A DNA stretch of 63,990 nucleotides, counting the filler, from an uncultured bacterium (GTDB lineage Bacteria > CAYSBA01): assembly GCA_964429075.1 (NCBI GenBank). It is 16 parts of 16 records of this genome, joined end to end, with 100 filler letters (N's around TTAATTAATTAA, not from the genome) between each part and the next. Parts side by side here need not be neighbours in the genome. Positions count along the whole stretch, not along the records: positions 1 to 4,112 come from CAYSBA010000168.1; positions 4,213 to 8,322 come from CAYSBA010000169.1; positions 8,423 to 12,528 come from CAYSBA010000170.1; 13 more parts are not named here. The stretch is one strand, 5' to 3'. The number at the start of each line of letters is the position of its first letter. Position 1 is the first letter of the stretch. Below are positions 1-10,324 of this stretch, piece by piece. Position numbers and translations under genes: made by a program. Under the pieces are notes generated by a model that was not told the origin of the DNA, ran no database searches, and saw nothing but the letters and a program-made list of their open reading frames with translations.

Positions 1-36
1 CTTTTCAACAGAGGAGCAAAAACAAAGAGAGCATCG

Positions 37-318
37 ATGCTCAACATAGATTTAAAGAACGGTCGTTTCTATTTTGCAATCTTTGTAGTATCCCTTGTTC
101 TGATAAGCGGATATTTTTCTATCCTTGATGTAGAACCATTCAATGGCTTTTTTAATCCGAAATCAACGAAATCAACAACTCTTTTTATTTTTGCAATCAT
201 ACTCCTCATCCTTTCTGTTATTGAAAAANNNNNNNNNNTTCTGTCCACTTGGCTACTTTCTCAGCCTGTTATCAAAAAGGGCCATATCAGGCTGCAGAAG
301 AAAAGAGAGGTACCTTAA
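37..318 (+). CDS. Small membrane protein of unknown function, interrupted by a short N gap
   Basis: Two hydrophobic segments. The frame across the gap at about 228-238 is uncertain. Confidence 0.4.
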   Translation: MLNIDLKNGRFYFAIFVVSLVLISGYFSILDVEPFNGFFNPKSTKSTTLFIFAIILLILSVIEKXXXXLSTWLLSQPVIKKGHIRLQKKREVP

Positions 319-391
319 ATCACCATATTGTATGAAATCAGTTACAATGAGTGATGAATTCCCTGAATGTAAGGGATGTAAAAGGATCTAA

Positions 392-2119
392 CTATTCTGC
401 AGTAACTCTAAGAACCTCCTCGACTGTTGTAAGACCCTGTTTCAGTTTATTGAGTGCAGTCATCCTTAAGGTTTTCATCCCCTCTTTGATTGCCTGCCGC
501 CTTATTTCTATTTCAGAAGCACCACCGATGATAAGCTCCTTCAGGGCACTTGTAATTGGCATGACTTCGTATAAACCTATCCTTCCCTTGTAACCAACAT
601 TGCCACAGCGTTCACATCCTTTACCCTTATAGACTACTATACTGTCTACCTCATCTTCTGGAATTCCAATCTTTATAAGTGTGGCTCTATCAATATCTTT
701 ATCTTCAACCTTACAATTGGAACAGATCTTTCTTACAAGTCGCTGTGCCATTATCAGCCTACAAGCCTCTGAAACAAGAAAAGGCTCGATTCCCATGTTG
801 ATCAACCTGTTGACAGTAGATGGGGCATCGTTTGTATGCAGCGTTGAAAGAACAAGATGACCAGTTAATGCTGCCTTTACAGCAATTTCTGCTGTCTCAA
901 AATCACGAATCTCACCAACCATCAGTATGTCAGGGTCCTGACGAATTACAGATCTTAAGACCTCGGCAAAGGTCAGGCCAATTTCAGGATTTACCTGCAC
1001 CTGTCTTATTCCGTCAAGATTGAACTCCACTGGATCTTCAACAGTAATAATATTAACATCAGGCTTATTTAGGTCAGATATGGATGAATACAGGGTTGTG
1101 GTCTTCCCACTTCCTGTTGGACCGGTTGTCAGTATCATACCGTATGGTGAGTGAACTGCCCTCTTATACTTTTCAAGCTCCTCTTCATCAAAACCAAGCT
1201 TGGTCATATCGAGCCTGAGGTTCGACTTATCAAGTATTCTAAGGACGGTCTTTTCACCAAATAGTGTAGGCAGTACAGAGACACGAAAATCAACATCCTT
1301 TACCTTGCCATCCTTCGTCTTAAATTTCAGTTTAATTCTTCCGTCTTGAGGGAGTCTTTTTTCTGCAATATCGAGATTTGACATTATCTTTATTCTTGAG
1401 GTGATTGCATTTTTCAATTTCATAGGTGGTCTGAAGACCTCATGCAGCACTCCATCCAAACGAAACCTGATCCTAAACACTTTCTCATAGGGTTCGATGT
1501 GTATATCACTAACCCCCTCTTTAATTGCCTTTATCAGAAGCATATTTACGTACTTTACAATTGGCGCCTGTTTTGCAAGATGCTCGAGATCGAGAACATT
1601 GTCGGTCTCACCGGTATCCGGGATGTCAACATCGATATCCTCAAGCTCTTCATCCAGCTCAGACAGGCTTTCTTCTTCTACCACACTGTCTGTATCTGAC
1701 CCATAATACTTATCAATAGCATCAGCAATTGCAGAGTCTGGAGCAACTACAGTCTCTATTTTCAGGTTAGTTATAAACTTTATTTCATCGATTGCATTGA
1801 TATTTGTTGGCTCAGACATGGCGATAGTCAATGTATTTCCTACCCTGCTTACAGGTATAACATTGTATTTTACCACAACCTCTTTTGGGACAAGCTTAAT
1901 AACATCGGGAGATATCTTGAAACTTCTAAGATTTACTGCAGGGACACCATATTGTTTGCTCAAAAAGGATGCAAGTTCACCCTCTTTTATAAATCCGAGT
2001 TTTACCAGACTTGCACCAAGATTTGTGCCATCTTTCTGTTGTTGTTTTCTTGCAAGCTGAAGTTGCTCAGTTGTTATAACATTCTCTCTTAAAAGTATCT
2101 CACCAATATTCTTTGCCAT
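392..2119 (-). CDS. pilB: Type IV-A pilus assembly ATPase PilB
   Basis: MshEN-like N-terminus (NIGEILL), SDIHIEP, Walker A GPTGSGKTT, RQDPDILMVGEIRD, tetra-Cys Zn motif. A GGAGG RBS favours the ATG at 2119. Confidence 0.93.
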   Translation of the reverse strand: MAKNIGEILLRENVITTEQLQLARKQQQKDGTNLGASLVKLGFIKEGELASFLSKQYGVPAVNLRSFKISPDVIKLVPKEVVVKYNVIPVSRVGNTLTIAMSEPTNINAIDEIKFITNLKIETVVAPDSAIADAIDKYYGSDTDSVVEEESLSELDEELEDIDVDIPDTGETDNVLDLEHLAKQAPIVKYVNMLLIKAIKEGVSDIHIEPYEKVFRIRFRLDGVLHEVFRPPMKLKNAITSRIKIMSNLDIAEKRLPQDGRIKLKFKTKDGKVKDVDFRVSVLPTLFGEKTVLRILDKSNLRLDMTKLGFDEEELEKYKRAVHSPYGMILTTGPTGSGKTTTLYSSISDLNKPDVNIITVEDPVEFNLDGIRQVQVNPEIGLTFAEVLRSVIRQDPDILMVGEIRDFETAEIAVKAALTGHLVLSTLHTNDAPSTVNRLINMGIEPFLVSEACRLIMAQRLVRKICSNCKVEDKDIDRATLIKIGIPEDEVDSIVVYKGKGCERCGNVGYKGRIGLYEVMPITSALKELIIGGASEIEIRRQAIKEGMKTLRMTALNKLKQGLTTVEEVLRVTAE

Positions 2120-2183
2120 ATACAACAACCTCCCATACAGGTCGCTTAATACATAAATATCATACTCTTTTTAATTTGGCAAT

Positions 2184-2208
2184 AAAAAAGGGGCCATTAT
2201 ATGGCCCC
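2184..2208 (-). terminator. Rho-independent terminator after napB
   Basis: Perfect 8-bp stem GGGGCCAT/ATGGCCCC with a 3-nt loop, followed by T6 on the minus strand. Confidence 0.8.
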
Positions 2209-2243
2209 ATGATGAAGAAACCCTGCCCCGTTACGATGTTAGA

Positions 2244-2684
2244 TTACTTTGTCCGCGGCACATGGCATTGTATGCAATTATACCTCATACCAATCACACC
2301 CTCTTTGACCTTTTCTCCGGTAAAAGGATTTATCCTGTGAGATTGGGGTATACCCGTTGCAATATGCCCATCTTCTATTTCCTGAGCCTCTTCATGACAT
2401 CCAAGACAATCATTCTGATCTCTTTTTATCTTCATTTCAGCTATACTGTGTGGTATAACAGGCGGAGCAATAAAATATACCCTATTATACACATTTGAAT
2501 GACCAGGCTGAGGTGCATCCCAGTTGTTCATGTCGGGCTTACCATCTGCCAATAAAGCTGGAACTTTTACTGCCTCCTGAGGAGTCTTTTTCTCCTTTTT
2601 GACAACCTCCCTGTTTAAACATCCAAAGGTGATTAAAAAGATTGCTATTATAACCAAAATCTCACTCTTTATTAAAAACAACAT
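2244..2684 (-). CDS. napB: Periplasmic nitrate reductase diheme cytochrome c subunit
   Basis: APPVIPH, CLGCH and RYNCIQCHVP motifs. Directly downstream of napA. GGAGG before the ATG at 2684. Confidence 0.92.
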   Translation of the reverse strand: MLFLIKSEILVIIAIFLITFGCLNREVVKKEKKTPQEAVKVPALLADGKPDMNNWDAPQPGHSNVYNRVYFIAPPVIPHSIAEMKIKRDQNDCLGCHEEAQEIEDGHIATGIPQSHRINPFTGEKVKEGVIGMRYNCIQCHVPRTK

Positions 2685-2698
2685 CCTAACCTCCATAT

Positions 2699-4112
2699 TC
2701 ATATCTTTTCTATTTTAACAGCACACTTTTTAAAATCCGGTTCCTTAGAGATAGGACAGAAACTATCAAGGGTAACTTCATTGATCATCACATCTTCGTC
2801 AAAAAAGGGAACAAAGACAAGTCCTTTCTGGGGAGTGAATCTACCTTGTGTCTCAGCATACACCACAACAGAACCCCTTCTTGAAGTCAGACGCACCTTA
2901 TCGCCATTTCTGATTCCAAGTTTCTTAGCATCATCAGGATGGATTGATACAGTTGCATTTGGATATGCCCGATAGAGCTCCTTAACACGTCTTGTCATTG
3001 TGCCGGTATGCCAGTGTTCAAGGACTCTGCCAGTACATAACCAGAATGGATATTCCTTATCAGGCTTCTCTGCCGGATCTTCATAGGGTCTTATCCATAT
3101 TACAGCTCTGCCATCATGTTTTTTGTTTCCGTAGAAATATATCCCTTTGCCCTTTGGTACAAATGGATCGTATCCCTCACGGTATCTTATCTTTGTCTCT
3201 TTTCCATTGACGACTGGCCATCTGAGGCCTCGCACTCTGTGATAGGTATCATAATCTGCAAGATCGTGCCCCTTACCAAGACCAAATTTTCTATACTCTT
3301 CCCACAATGCCTTTTCAATGTGGAAACCCATCAATTCTGAAGCATCAGAAACCTTGTAATCTGTTGGTAATGGATACTTTTCTTTTGGATATTTAAAAAG
3401 ATTTTCATACCCCATCTTCTTTGCAAAATATAGAAATTGCCATAGATCCGATTTTGCCTGACCCGGTGGATTGACCATCCTCTTGAAAAACTGAGTCCTT
3501 CTCTCTGAGTTTCCAAATGCCCCCTCCTTCTCAACCCACACAGAACTGGGTAAAACAACATCAGCAAGCTCAGTGCTTCTTGTGGGATAACAATCCGACA
3601 CTACAATAAATCTACCCTCTTTCTCTGCAGCTTTTCTGTATCTATTTAGCTTTGGCATTGTCTGAAATGGATTGGTGGTATTTATCCACAGAAAGGTTAT
3701 ATCTCCTCTATCGAGCGCTCTCATCATCTCTGTTGCATGATATGTTGGTTTTTCTGGTATTGTGCCCTCCGGGACACCCCAGATCTTCTCTGCAATCCTT
3801 CTGTGCTCCTTTTTCATTACTAACATATCCGCTGGAAGTCTATGGGTAAATGTACCAACTTCACGACAGGTTCCACAGGCTGACGGTTGACCTGTAAGGG
3901 AGAATGGGACATTGCCCGGTTTACATATCTTTCCAACAAGTAGATGTATATTGTAGATCAAATTATTCATCCATGTCCCTCGAGAATGCTGATTAACACC
4001 CATTGTCCAGAATGACATTACGTTGTATTTTTTGTTACCATAGAGCTCTGCAAGATATTCAAGATCCTTTTTAGATACCCCACTCAACTTCTCTACATAT
4101 TCTGGTGTATAC
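2699..4112 (-). CDS. napA: Periplasmic nitrate reductase catalytic subunit, C-terminal part (5' truncated)
   Basis: [59 protein letters not shown]. Confidence 0.95.
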
Positions 4113-4212
4113 NNNNNNNNNNNNNNNNNNNNNNNNNNNNNNNNNNNNNNNNNNNNTTAATTAATTAANNNNNNNNNNNNNNNNNNNNNNNNNNNNNNNN
4201 NNNNNNNNNNNN
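4113..4212. other. Artificial contig-join linker (first of 15)
   Basis: 44 N + TTAATTAATTAA (stops in all six frames) + 44 N. The same linker recurs at 8323, 12529, 16720, 20884, 25035, 29097, 33148, 37186, 41187, 45165, 49113, 53033, 56950 and 60855. Confidence 0.97.
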
Positions 4213-4987
4213 ATAATCTATACTGAGTCTTATTTAAAAAACCTAATTCATATTTTCGTCTAAGTATATATTTTATCCTTGATACTGCCCTTTTTATATG
4301 AATCTTTTTTATTCTTTTGTCTTGTACAAAGGGATCAAACAGCCGTGGTGCCTTAACCGAGGCTATTATAAAATCACATTCAAGTTCGTTGAGATGCTCT
4401 ACAGGTTTTGAAAAATAGTAGATTGCTGCGTTACCAATACCCACAGCATTTGCAACAACATGAAACTGATTCAGGTAGAACTCCAGTATCTCTTTTTTTG
4501 TATAATTCCTTTCGAGTTTTAGAGTATAAATAAGTTCAATCAGTTTATCTTTGATAGAATTCCCCAATCCAAAGATATTCTGTGCAGTCTGCTGTGTGAT
4601 TGAACTTCCGCCCTGAATAATCTTAAGATGTATAAGATCTACAATAAGGGCCCTCAGAATTCCTTTCAGATTGAGACCGAAATGGTGAAAGAAATCTGAG
4701 TCCTCAGCAGCAAGAAGAGATTCTACACAATGCCCCGGTATCCTGTCGTAGGTTATATAATTTCTATGTTGATCGACCCTTCCTGCAAGAGAACCAAGGA
4801 GTGTCTTCCCATCTGAATAGTAGACAAGGCTCTCTCCATATAACCTTTTTAAAATGGTTTCTCTTGAAACATCATAATGTGTGTCAAGAATTATGTATTT
4901 ATAATACAGCAGTACACAGATTAGGATTGTGAGTATAAAAAACAATGAAGAGATAAAAAACAATTTGATCAAAAATCTTTTCATCAA
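4213..4987 (-). CDS. Class A penicillin-binding protein, transglycosylase domain (3' truncated)
   Basis: N-terminal TM segment. GT51 motifs EDSDFFHHFG, GGSSITQQ, KKEILEFYLN. Confidence 0.88.
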
Positions 4988-4999
4988 CCTATTTTCAAC

Positions 5000-6472
5000 T
5001 CATTTATAATCTGTATATGAGCCGGAAGATACGCCGAGTTCAGCCCTCCCATAGACCAGAAATATCAAAGAATCATTGTTGCCCCTCTTGTCTGCCTTGG
5101 CATAGCCAAGATATGCGCCAACTGTATAGTAGGATGAATCGTTTATCCTGAATGTATACCCCCCATTAATCAAGGTGTAAAAATAATCCTGATCAGCTCC
5201 TGCTAATGTATAGGTATATCTATCAAACAGAATATCTTCCCATGAAAAATTACCATAACCTGCATAGAAGCTGCTCTTTAGCACACCTGTATTGTTCAGG
5301 TATTTATCATATAAAAACCTGCGATATTCCCCGGCCATAGCTATGTAGATATCAACACTTTTGTAGGGATTTATAAAATAACTTTTTAGATCCACTGTCG
5401 CTCCAAACCAGCTATCTGTGTCAAGATTTCTGTAGTATCCGGCCCAAAGACCGGTACCACCCCTTGAGTTTTTTTCAGTCTTTATCTGAAGATCCATCAA
5501 TGGTCCCACAAAGAGAATTATTCCATCAAGTCTATCTTTGATCAATGGATCTGACAGAACCTGAATAATGGGATAGGTCTGCGATGGTTTTGGTTCAAAA
5601 AAGATCAGGTTATCGTCATAGAGCTCCTTCAAAAGATAAAATAGATTGTCCTGTGTACCGATTCTGTTTCTCAATAGATAGAAATCCTTAAGGATCCTGG
5701 ACCCTGTATTTTCGGGGATATGGCGTTTTATTACTCCCTCTTTTTTTAAAAAGTTATCGATCTTTTTTAGCCTGATACTTTCTGAATAATCAATTACCCT
5801 GCCCCATCCTGCTCCAAACAGTATATTAATTGACGTGCCAAAACTTTTGTATATTCCGGTGCTAAACATCAGATTAAAGCTGTCTTTTGCACCAAGAAAA
5901 AACTCTTTATCGATATCATTAAGGTAGTATCGAGCATCCCCACCCTCCTGTATCGTACCATTAAGACCTATTGAAACCTCTCCAGAGAGATCCATCTGCT
6001 TTTGATTTAAAAGGGAAACAAAGCCATTCGATTTAAGACTAAAACCATAGTCTTTTTTTTCAATTGCTCTTTCATAGCCTGCACCTATGGATGCATCGAG
6101 CTGCATTGTTGTTGAGGTGCCTTCTTTTTTAAATCCACCCATTAACAATGATGAATCTATAAAATTTACAGCTTCATAGTTAAAAAGTACATCTTCTGGT
6201 AGTTTAGAAATATCAAGTGCTGGCAGGAAAGAATAGAAATTAGATTCCTCTTTGTGTGGTCTTTTCTGTATCAAAATCCCCTTTTCGTTTTTATTTTGCG
6301 ATCCTTGAATAGGATACAGTGGTGGTTGCTCTAATCCGTTATCTTCATCTTCCACATCTATCGGGAGAGGTGGGTTGTTGAGCTCATCTGCGTATGATTT
6401 CTGGTATAAAAAGGGCGCAAGCATTGTATAAAGAAATATTAAAACTATCAATGTTATCTTCAGTTTTTGCAT
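5000..6472 (-). CDS. Exported hypothetical protein, probably outer-membrane beta-rich
   Basis: 490-aa ORF with a signal peptide (..SYA), a Pro/acidic N-terminus and Tyr/Gly-rich amphipathic strands. Confidence 0.6.
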   Translation of the reverse strand: MQKLKITLIVLIFLYTMLAPFLYQKSYADELNNPPLPIDVEDEDNGLEQPPLYPIQGSQNKNEKGILIQKRPHKEESNFYSFLPALDISKLPEDVLFNYEAVNFIDSSLLMGGFKKEGTSTTMQLDASIGAGYERAIEKKDYGFSLKSNGFVSLLNQKQMDLSGEVSIGLNGTIQEGGDARYYLNDIDKEFFLGAKDSFNLMFSTGIYKSFGTSINILFGAGWGRVIDYSESIRLKKIDNFLKKEGVIKRHIPENTGSRILKDFYLLRNRIGTQDNLFYLLKELYDDNLIFFEPKPSQTYPIIQVLSDPLIKDRLDGIILFVGPLMDLQIKTEKNSRGGTGLWAGYYRNLDTDSWFGATVDLKSYFINPYKSVDIYIAMAGEYRRFLYDKYLNNTGVLKSSFYAGYGNFSWEDILFDRYTYTLAGADQDYFYTLINGGYTFRINDSSYYTVGAYLGYAKADKRGNNDSLIFLVYGRAELGVSSGSYTDYK

Positions 6473-6536
6473 GTCATATTATCTGTAAAAAACTATACAC
6501 AAATATACCCTCAATTTTACCAAAATAAAAGTATCC

Positions 6537-7223
6537 TCAGCCAAAAAGACTCCAGATAAGTATGGCAGATGCACTTGAGACATTAATAGATGTGTCCTCT
6601 AATTTCATAGGGATGGTGATTTTAAGATCTGCCCTTTTGAGAATACCTTTTCTAATACCATCCTTTTCGTTTCCAAGGACAAGGGCTATCTTTTCTGGCA
6701 GGGAGCTGACCTTATTTAGGGGATTACCACCTGTTGCAACCCCACACACAATATAAAAACCCCTTTCTTTCAAGATGTCTATTGTACGTGCAAGATTGGT
6801 TACAATTGAGAATGGAATCACAAATACTAATCCTGCAGAACGTTTGATTACTGTAGATGTCACCTTTGCAGACCTATGTTTTGGTATTACTATTGCATCA
6901 ACACCGAAGGCAGCCGCATTTCTTGCAATTGCGCCAAGATTGCCTGCATCCTGTATTCTATCAAGCAAAAGTAACCTTTTAATACCAGAATCTAACAATC
7001 GATCAAACCTTGTGTAATTAAATCCTTTAATATAGGCCATATAAGGCTCATCTGCACCCTTTTTGAATTCAATCGGTATATCGTATCTTTCTGCAAGTTC
7101 GATAATATCTTTTATCCTTCCTGACCTTCCGCCATCCTTTAAAACAACCTTAGAGACCTGGCCAGGCCTTTCTCTTAAGATAAGTCGTACAGGATGGAAT
7201 CCCTTTACAGACCACTCTTTCAT
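6537..7223 (-). CDS. TrmH/SpoU-family RNA methyltransferase (RlmB-like)
   Basis: SPOUT motifs LDRIQDAGNLGAIAR, LVLGNEKDG, SINVSSA. Confidence 0.88.
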   Translation of the reverse strand: MKEWSVKGFHPVRLILRERPGQVSKVVLKDGGRSGRIKDIIELAERYDIPIEFKKGADEPYMAYIKGFNYTRFDRLLDSGIKRLLLLDRIQDAGNLGAIARNAAAFGVDAIVIPKHRSAKVTSTVIKRSAGLVFVIPFSIVTNLARTIDILKERGFYIVCGVATGGNPLNKVSSLPEKIALVLGNEKDGIRKGILKRADLKITIPMKLEDTSINVSSASAILIWSLFG

Positions 7224-7927
7224 GTTTCAGAAAGTGCCGATTGAATTTCGTTGTCTATATTTTTTAGAACTTCTAAAGGACTCTCAGATTGTGTAATTGC
7301 CCTGCCGACAACAATATAATCAGCACCATTTTTTATTGCATCATATGGTGTGGCTACCCTCTTCTGATCGGATCTGGAGAATCCTTTTGGTCTTATACCT
7401 GGCACAATATAACCTGGTATATCCCCAAAGCGTTTTTTTAATATGCCCACCTCTAAGGCAGAACATACTACATATTCCAGCCCCACCTCTTTAGCTAATT
7501 CTGTTAATCTGATCACTCTTTTTTCAGGATCTTCAGACCATCCGAGCTCTCTGGCATCATCTTTATCAATACTCGTTAAGACACTAACACCTGCAAGCGC
7601 AGGTTCTGTACTGGAAGTTCTTGCATCTTTTGCATATTCCAACATCTTTCTACCACCACCCAGATGGATTGTGGCTATGTCCACACCAAGATAAGACATG
7701 GACTTTATTGCACCCCCAACTGTATTAGGGATGTCGTGGAGTTTTAAATCAAGAAATATATTATACCCATCGTCTTTTAATCTCTTTATAAGATCTGGAC
7801 CATATTTAATGAACAGAATTGGTCCTATTTTAAGAAACTTCACACAGTATTTGACCTTTTTTAAAAAGAGCTCAAGCTCTTCAATTGATGAAAAATCACA
7901 TGCTACTATTAATTTTTCACTTACCAT
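7220..7927 (-). CDS. pyrF: Orotidine-5'-phosphate decarboxylase
   Basis: FLDLKLHDIPNTV, VPGIRP, DQKRVATP, IVVGRAI. Confidence 0.95.
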   Translation of the reverse strand: MVSEKLIVACDFSSIEELELFLKKVKYCVKFLKIGPILFIKYGPDLIKRLKDDGYNIFLDLKLHDIPNTVGGAIKSMSYLGVDIATIHLGGGRKMLEYAKDARTSSTEPALAGVSVLTSIDKDDARELGWSEDPEKRVIRLTELAKEVGLEYVVCSALEVGILKKRFGDIPGYIVPGIRPKGFSRSDQKRVATPYDAIKNGADYIVVGRAITQSESPLEVLKNIDNEIQSALSET

Positions 7928-7948
7928 AACAAAGCGCTTATACCAGTA

Positions 7949-8322
7949 TTAAGCTATCTCTGCAAACACCCTTACCGGTAATCCACTTATACCTTTAAGC
8001 TTAATAGGTGAGGTATAAAAAACTACCCTATTATATTTTTTCCCATCAAGTATAACACCAAGATTTACAAGATTTTCAACGACCAGAATGCGATTTTTCT
8101 TTAAGTATATGTTTGTTCTGCTATGTTCTTCAGGCCTTTTTATGCCACAAAAATCGATCCCACAGATTGATATTTCACTCTTTATCAGCTCCTGTATTAA
8201 TGAATCGGACAACACCGGGTGGTCTGTAAAATATTTTCTGGTTCCATACAAAACCCTTCTGAAAAACCACTATAAAATGCGACAAAATATCACTCTTTAA
8301 TAGGGAAACATCGATATCATCC
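7949..8322 (-). pseudogene. Cyclase (kynurenine formamidase-like) family gene, 5' truncated and apparently frameshifted
   Basis: GIDFCGI, VVENLVNL, GLPVRVFA. The upstream homologous sequence (DDIDVSLL / FVAFYSGFSE) lies in two other frames, and the main frame has stops. Confidence 0.6.
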
Positions 8323-8464
8323 NNNNNNNNNNNNNNNNNNNNNNNNNNNNNNNNNNNNNNNNNNNNTTAATTAATTAANNNNNNNNNNNNNNNNNNNNNN
8401 NNNNNNNNNNNNNNNNNNNNNNCTTTTCTACAATAAAAAAACAAAACAAGTAATTCATTTCCTT

Positions 8465-8944
8465 TTAGGCGTCTGATTTTATGTTGAGAAATTCTTCTTT
8501 TATGTTCTGTAAGATGTGAAACAGTCCTTTATCTGATGTTGTAAGCTGTATCTTTCTTTTGTTCTCATCAATCACCTCAAATTCAACTGTGATATCAAAG
8601 ATCAGGATCTCAGAAAATTTTTCAGCCCATTCAACAAAGACAGGCGAGTCGGGTTCAAGGAATATGTCCATCAATCCGGCAGACTCAAGCTCCTTTACAT
8701 CGTCAATTCTAAAAAGATCAATATGTAAAAATGTACCGTAATCATTTGTGATGGCAAAGGTTGGACTACCCATAAAGGATATATCAGAAAGCTTTTGTGT
8801 AACGCCTCTTACAAAGGTTGTCTTCCCGGATCCTAAATCTCCAGACAGTGCAATAATAAGGGGCATTTCCTTTATATTTTGTGCAAATATTCTACCGAGT
8901 GATGTAGTATGCTCTGGAGAATTGCTAATGATGGAGATCTTCAT
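8465..8944 (-). CDS. tsaE: tRNA threonylcarbamoyladenosine biosynthesis ATPase
   Basis: GDLGSGKTT, SPTF, HIDLFRI, VEW. Confidence 0.92.
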   Translation of the reverse strand: MKISIISNSPEHTTSLGRIFAQNIKEMPLIIALSGDLGSGKTTFVRGVTQKLSDISFMGSPTFAITNDYGTFLHIDLFRIDDVKELESAGLMDIFLEPDSPVFVEWAEKFSEILIFDITVEFEVIDENKRKIQLTTSDKGLFHILQNIKEEFLNIKSDA

Positions 8945-8947
8945 CTT

Positions 8948-10324
8948 TCAATCAACTGGGTGCACCCTTTTTTTCCAGCTTTCAAAATCGAATTTAGGGG
9001 ATTTCTCTCTACTATGACAGGACATACATACAGGTTTGTAATCGTCAACATGACCATGCGGTCTATTTATGTCTGATATCTTGCCATGACAATTTTCACA
9101 CTGGACACCTGTAAATTTCTTGGGCGGTGGAAGACTACAGAATCCACCAGGTTTTCCCATACCTAAGGTGTGACATCCGATACATTCTTTCTCCCCGGTT
9201 CTGTTGACCTTTAACAGTGAATCCCATGCCTTTTTGTGTGGCGTTTTAAGGTAGGATCTGAAAATCTTTTTGTGACAGCCTTTACAGGATGAAGCACCCC
9301 TGAAAGGTTCCCCTCTACAGACCTTAGGGTCAAAGAGTTTCTGGCTCCTTTTTGAGATTTCTCTGTTTATTTTTTGGATCTGTTGTGAAATGATGTTTGT
9401 TGCCTTAGATATTTCTTTTTTGGGTATAATGTTAAAGATAACAGCATGTTCTGGGAGTGATATATTGTTTTTTGAGCCCAGTGATTTGAGCCTTCTGTTT
9501 AGTCTTTTCAGGCGGTCCTTTAGAAACAACAATGTCTTGCTGTCTTTTGTATGTTTTATCTTCTCTAAGAGCTCTTCTTTTTCAAAGCTAAGTATCCTGA
9601 TTTCTCGTCTCTGTCTCACATAGGGTCTGTCAACAAAGACCGCATCAGCTGAGGGCCTTATAATGTCCAGGATAACAAGACTTGCATCTGGAACCCCCAC
9701 TGAACCAGATGTGCCTACTACCTCCACATCAGGACCTTTTGTCTCTTGATCTATCGGGAAAAGAGCAAGAGGGACCCTGTTTGTTCTCACAATTGTCTTT
9801 GCCAGACTCGCGTTAGGTGTAAACAGGATCCAGGTTTCATTACCCTCTTTTTTATTGAGCAACCTGATAAAATCAAGGCCCTTTTTTTCACCCACATAGA
9901 AAAACCTAAAAGGTATGTTTTTACCGAAAGGCGCAATCTCTTCAATTTTATCACCGTTGTATGGGCACTTTTTCTGATTGCCCGGGATTATCTTGGCATC
10001 TACGAGCCTACTGAAGTTATCAATAATCTTTTTATAATCTGACCTGTATGCATTTTTACTCCTATCACAGTAGGTATTACCTACAATGAAGACCTTTGTG
10101 CTACGAATCTTTTGTTTGGCCTCTTTTATCTTTTTTAGCATCCCGGAGATGTCCCATGAAGTCTCTGGATTGCAGCCGCAGCCCTGTATATTGCCTCTGA
10201 GATTGATGATCAGAACAAGTCTTAGTTTATCATCGTTGTTGGAATGTCTTTTGGCAAAAATTAGATTACAATGTGACAGAAATATTGTAATAGCAATAAT
10301 TGGAATTACAAAAACTCTCTTCAT
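8948..10324 (-). CDS. Exported multiheme c-type cytochrome (c554-like tetraheme C-terminus, degenerate UshA/metallophosphoesterase-like N-terminus)
   Basis: Signal peptide, GNIQGCGC, four CxxCH motifs (CKGCH, CIGCH, CENCH, CMSCH). Confidence 0.8.
   Translation of the reverse strand: MKRVFVIPIIAITIFLSHCNLIFAKRHSNNDDKLRLVLIINLRGNIQGCGCNPETSWDISGMLKKIKEAKQKIRSTKVFIVGNTYCDRSKNAYRSDYKKIIDNFSRLVDAKIIPGNQKKCPYNGDKIEEIAPFGKNIPFRFFYVGEKKGLDFIRLLNKKEGNETWILFTPNASLAKTIVRTNRVPLALFPIDQETKGPDVEVVGTSGSVGVPDASLVILDIIRPSADAVFVDRPYVRQRREIRILSFEKEELLEKIKHTKDSKTLLFLKDRLKRLNRRLKSLGSKNNISLPEHAVIFNIIPKKEISKATNIISQQIQKINREISKRSQKLFDPKVCRGEPFRGASSCKGCHKKIFRSYLKTPHKKAWDSLLKVNRTGEKECIGCHTLGMGKPGGFCSLPPPKKFTGVQCENCHGKISDINRPHGHVDDYKPVCMSCHSREKSPKFDFESWKKRVHPVD

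Noticed and set aside
10170-10200. Possible selenocysteine at the CGC motif of the multiheme protein
   Set aside because: Both codons are TGC (Cys) and there is no in-frame TGA.
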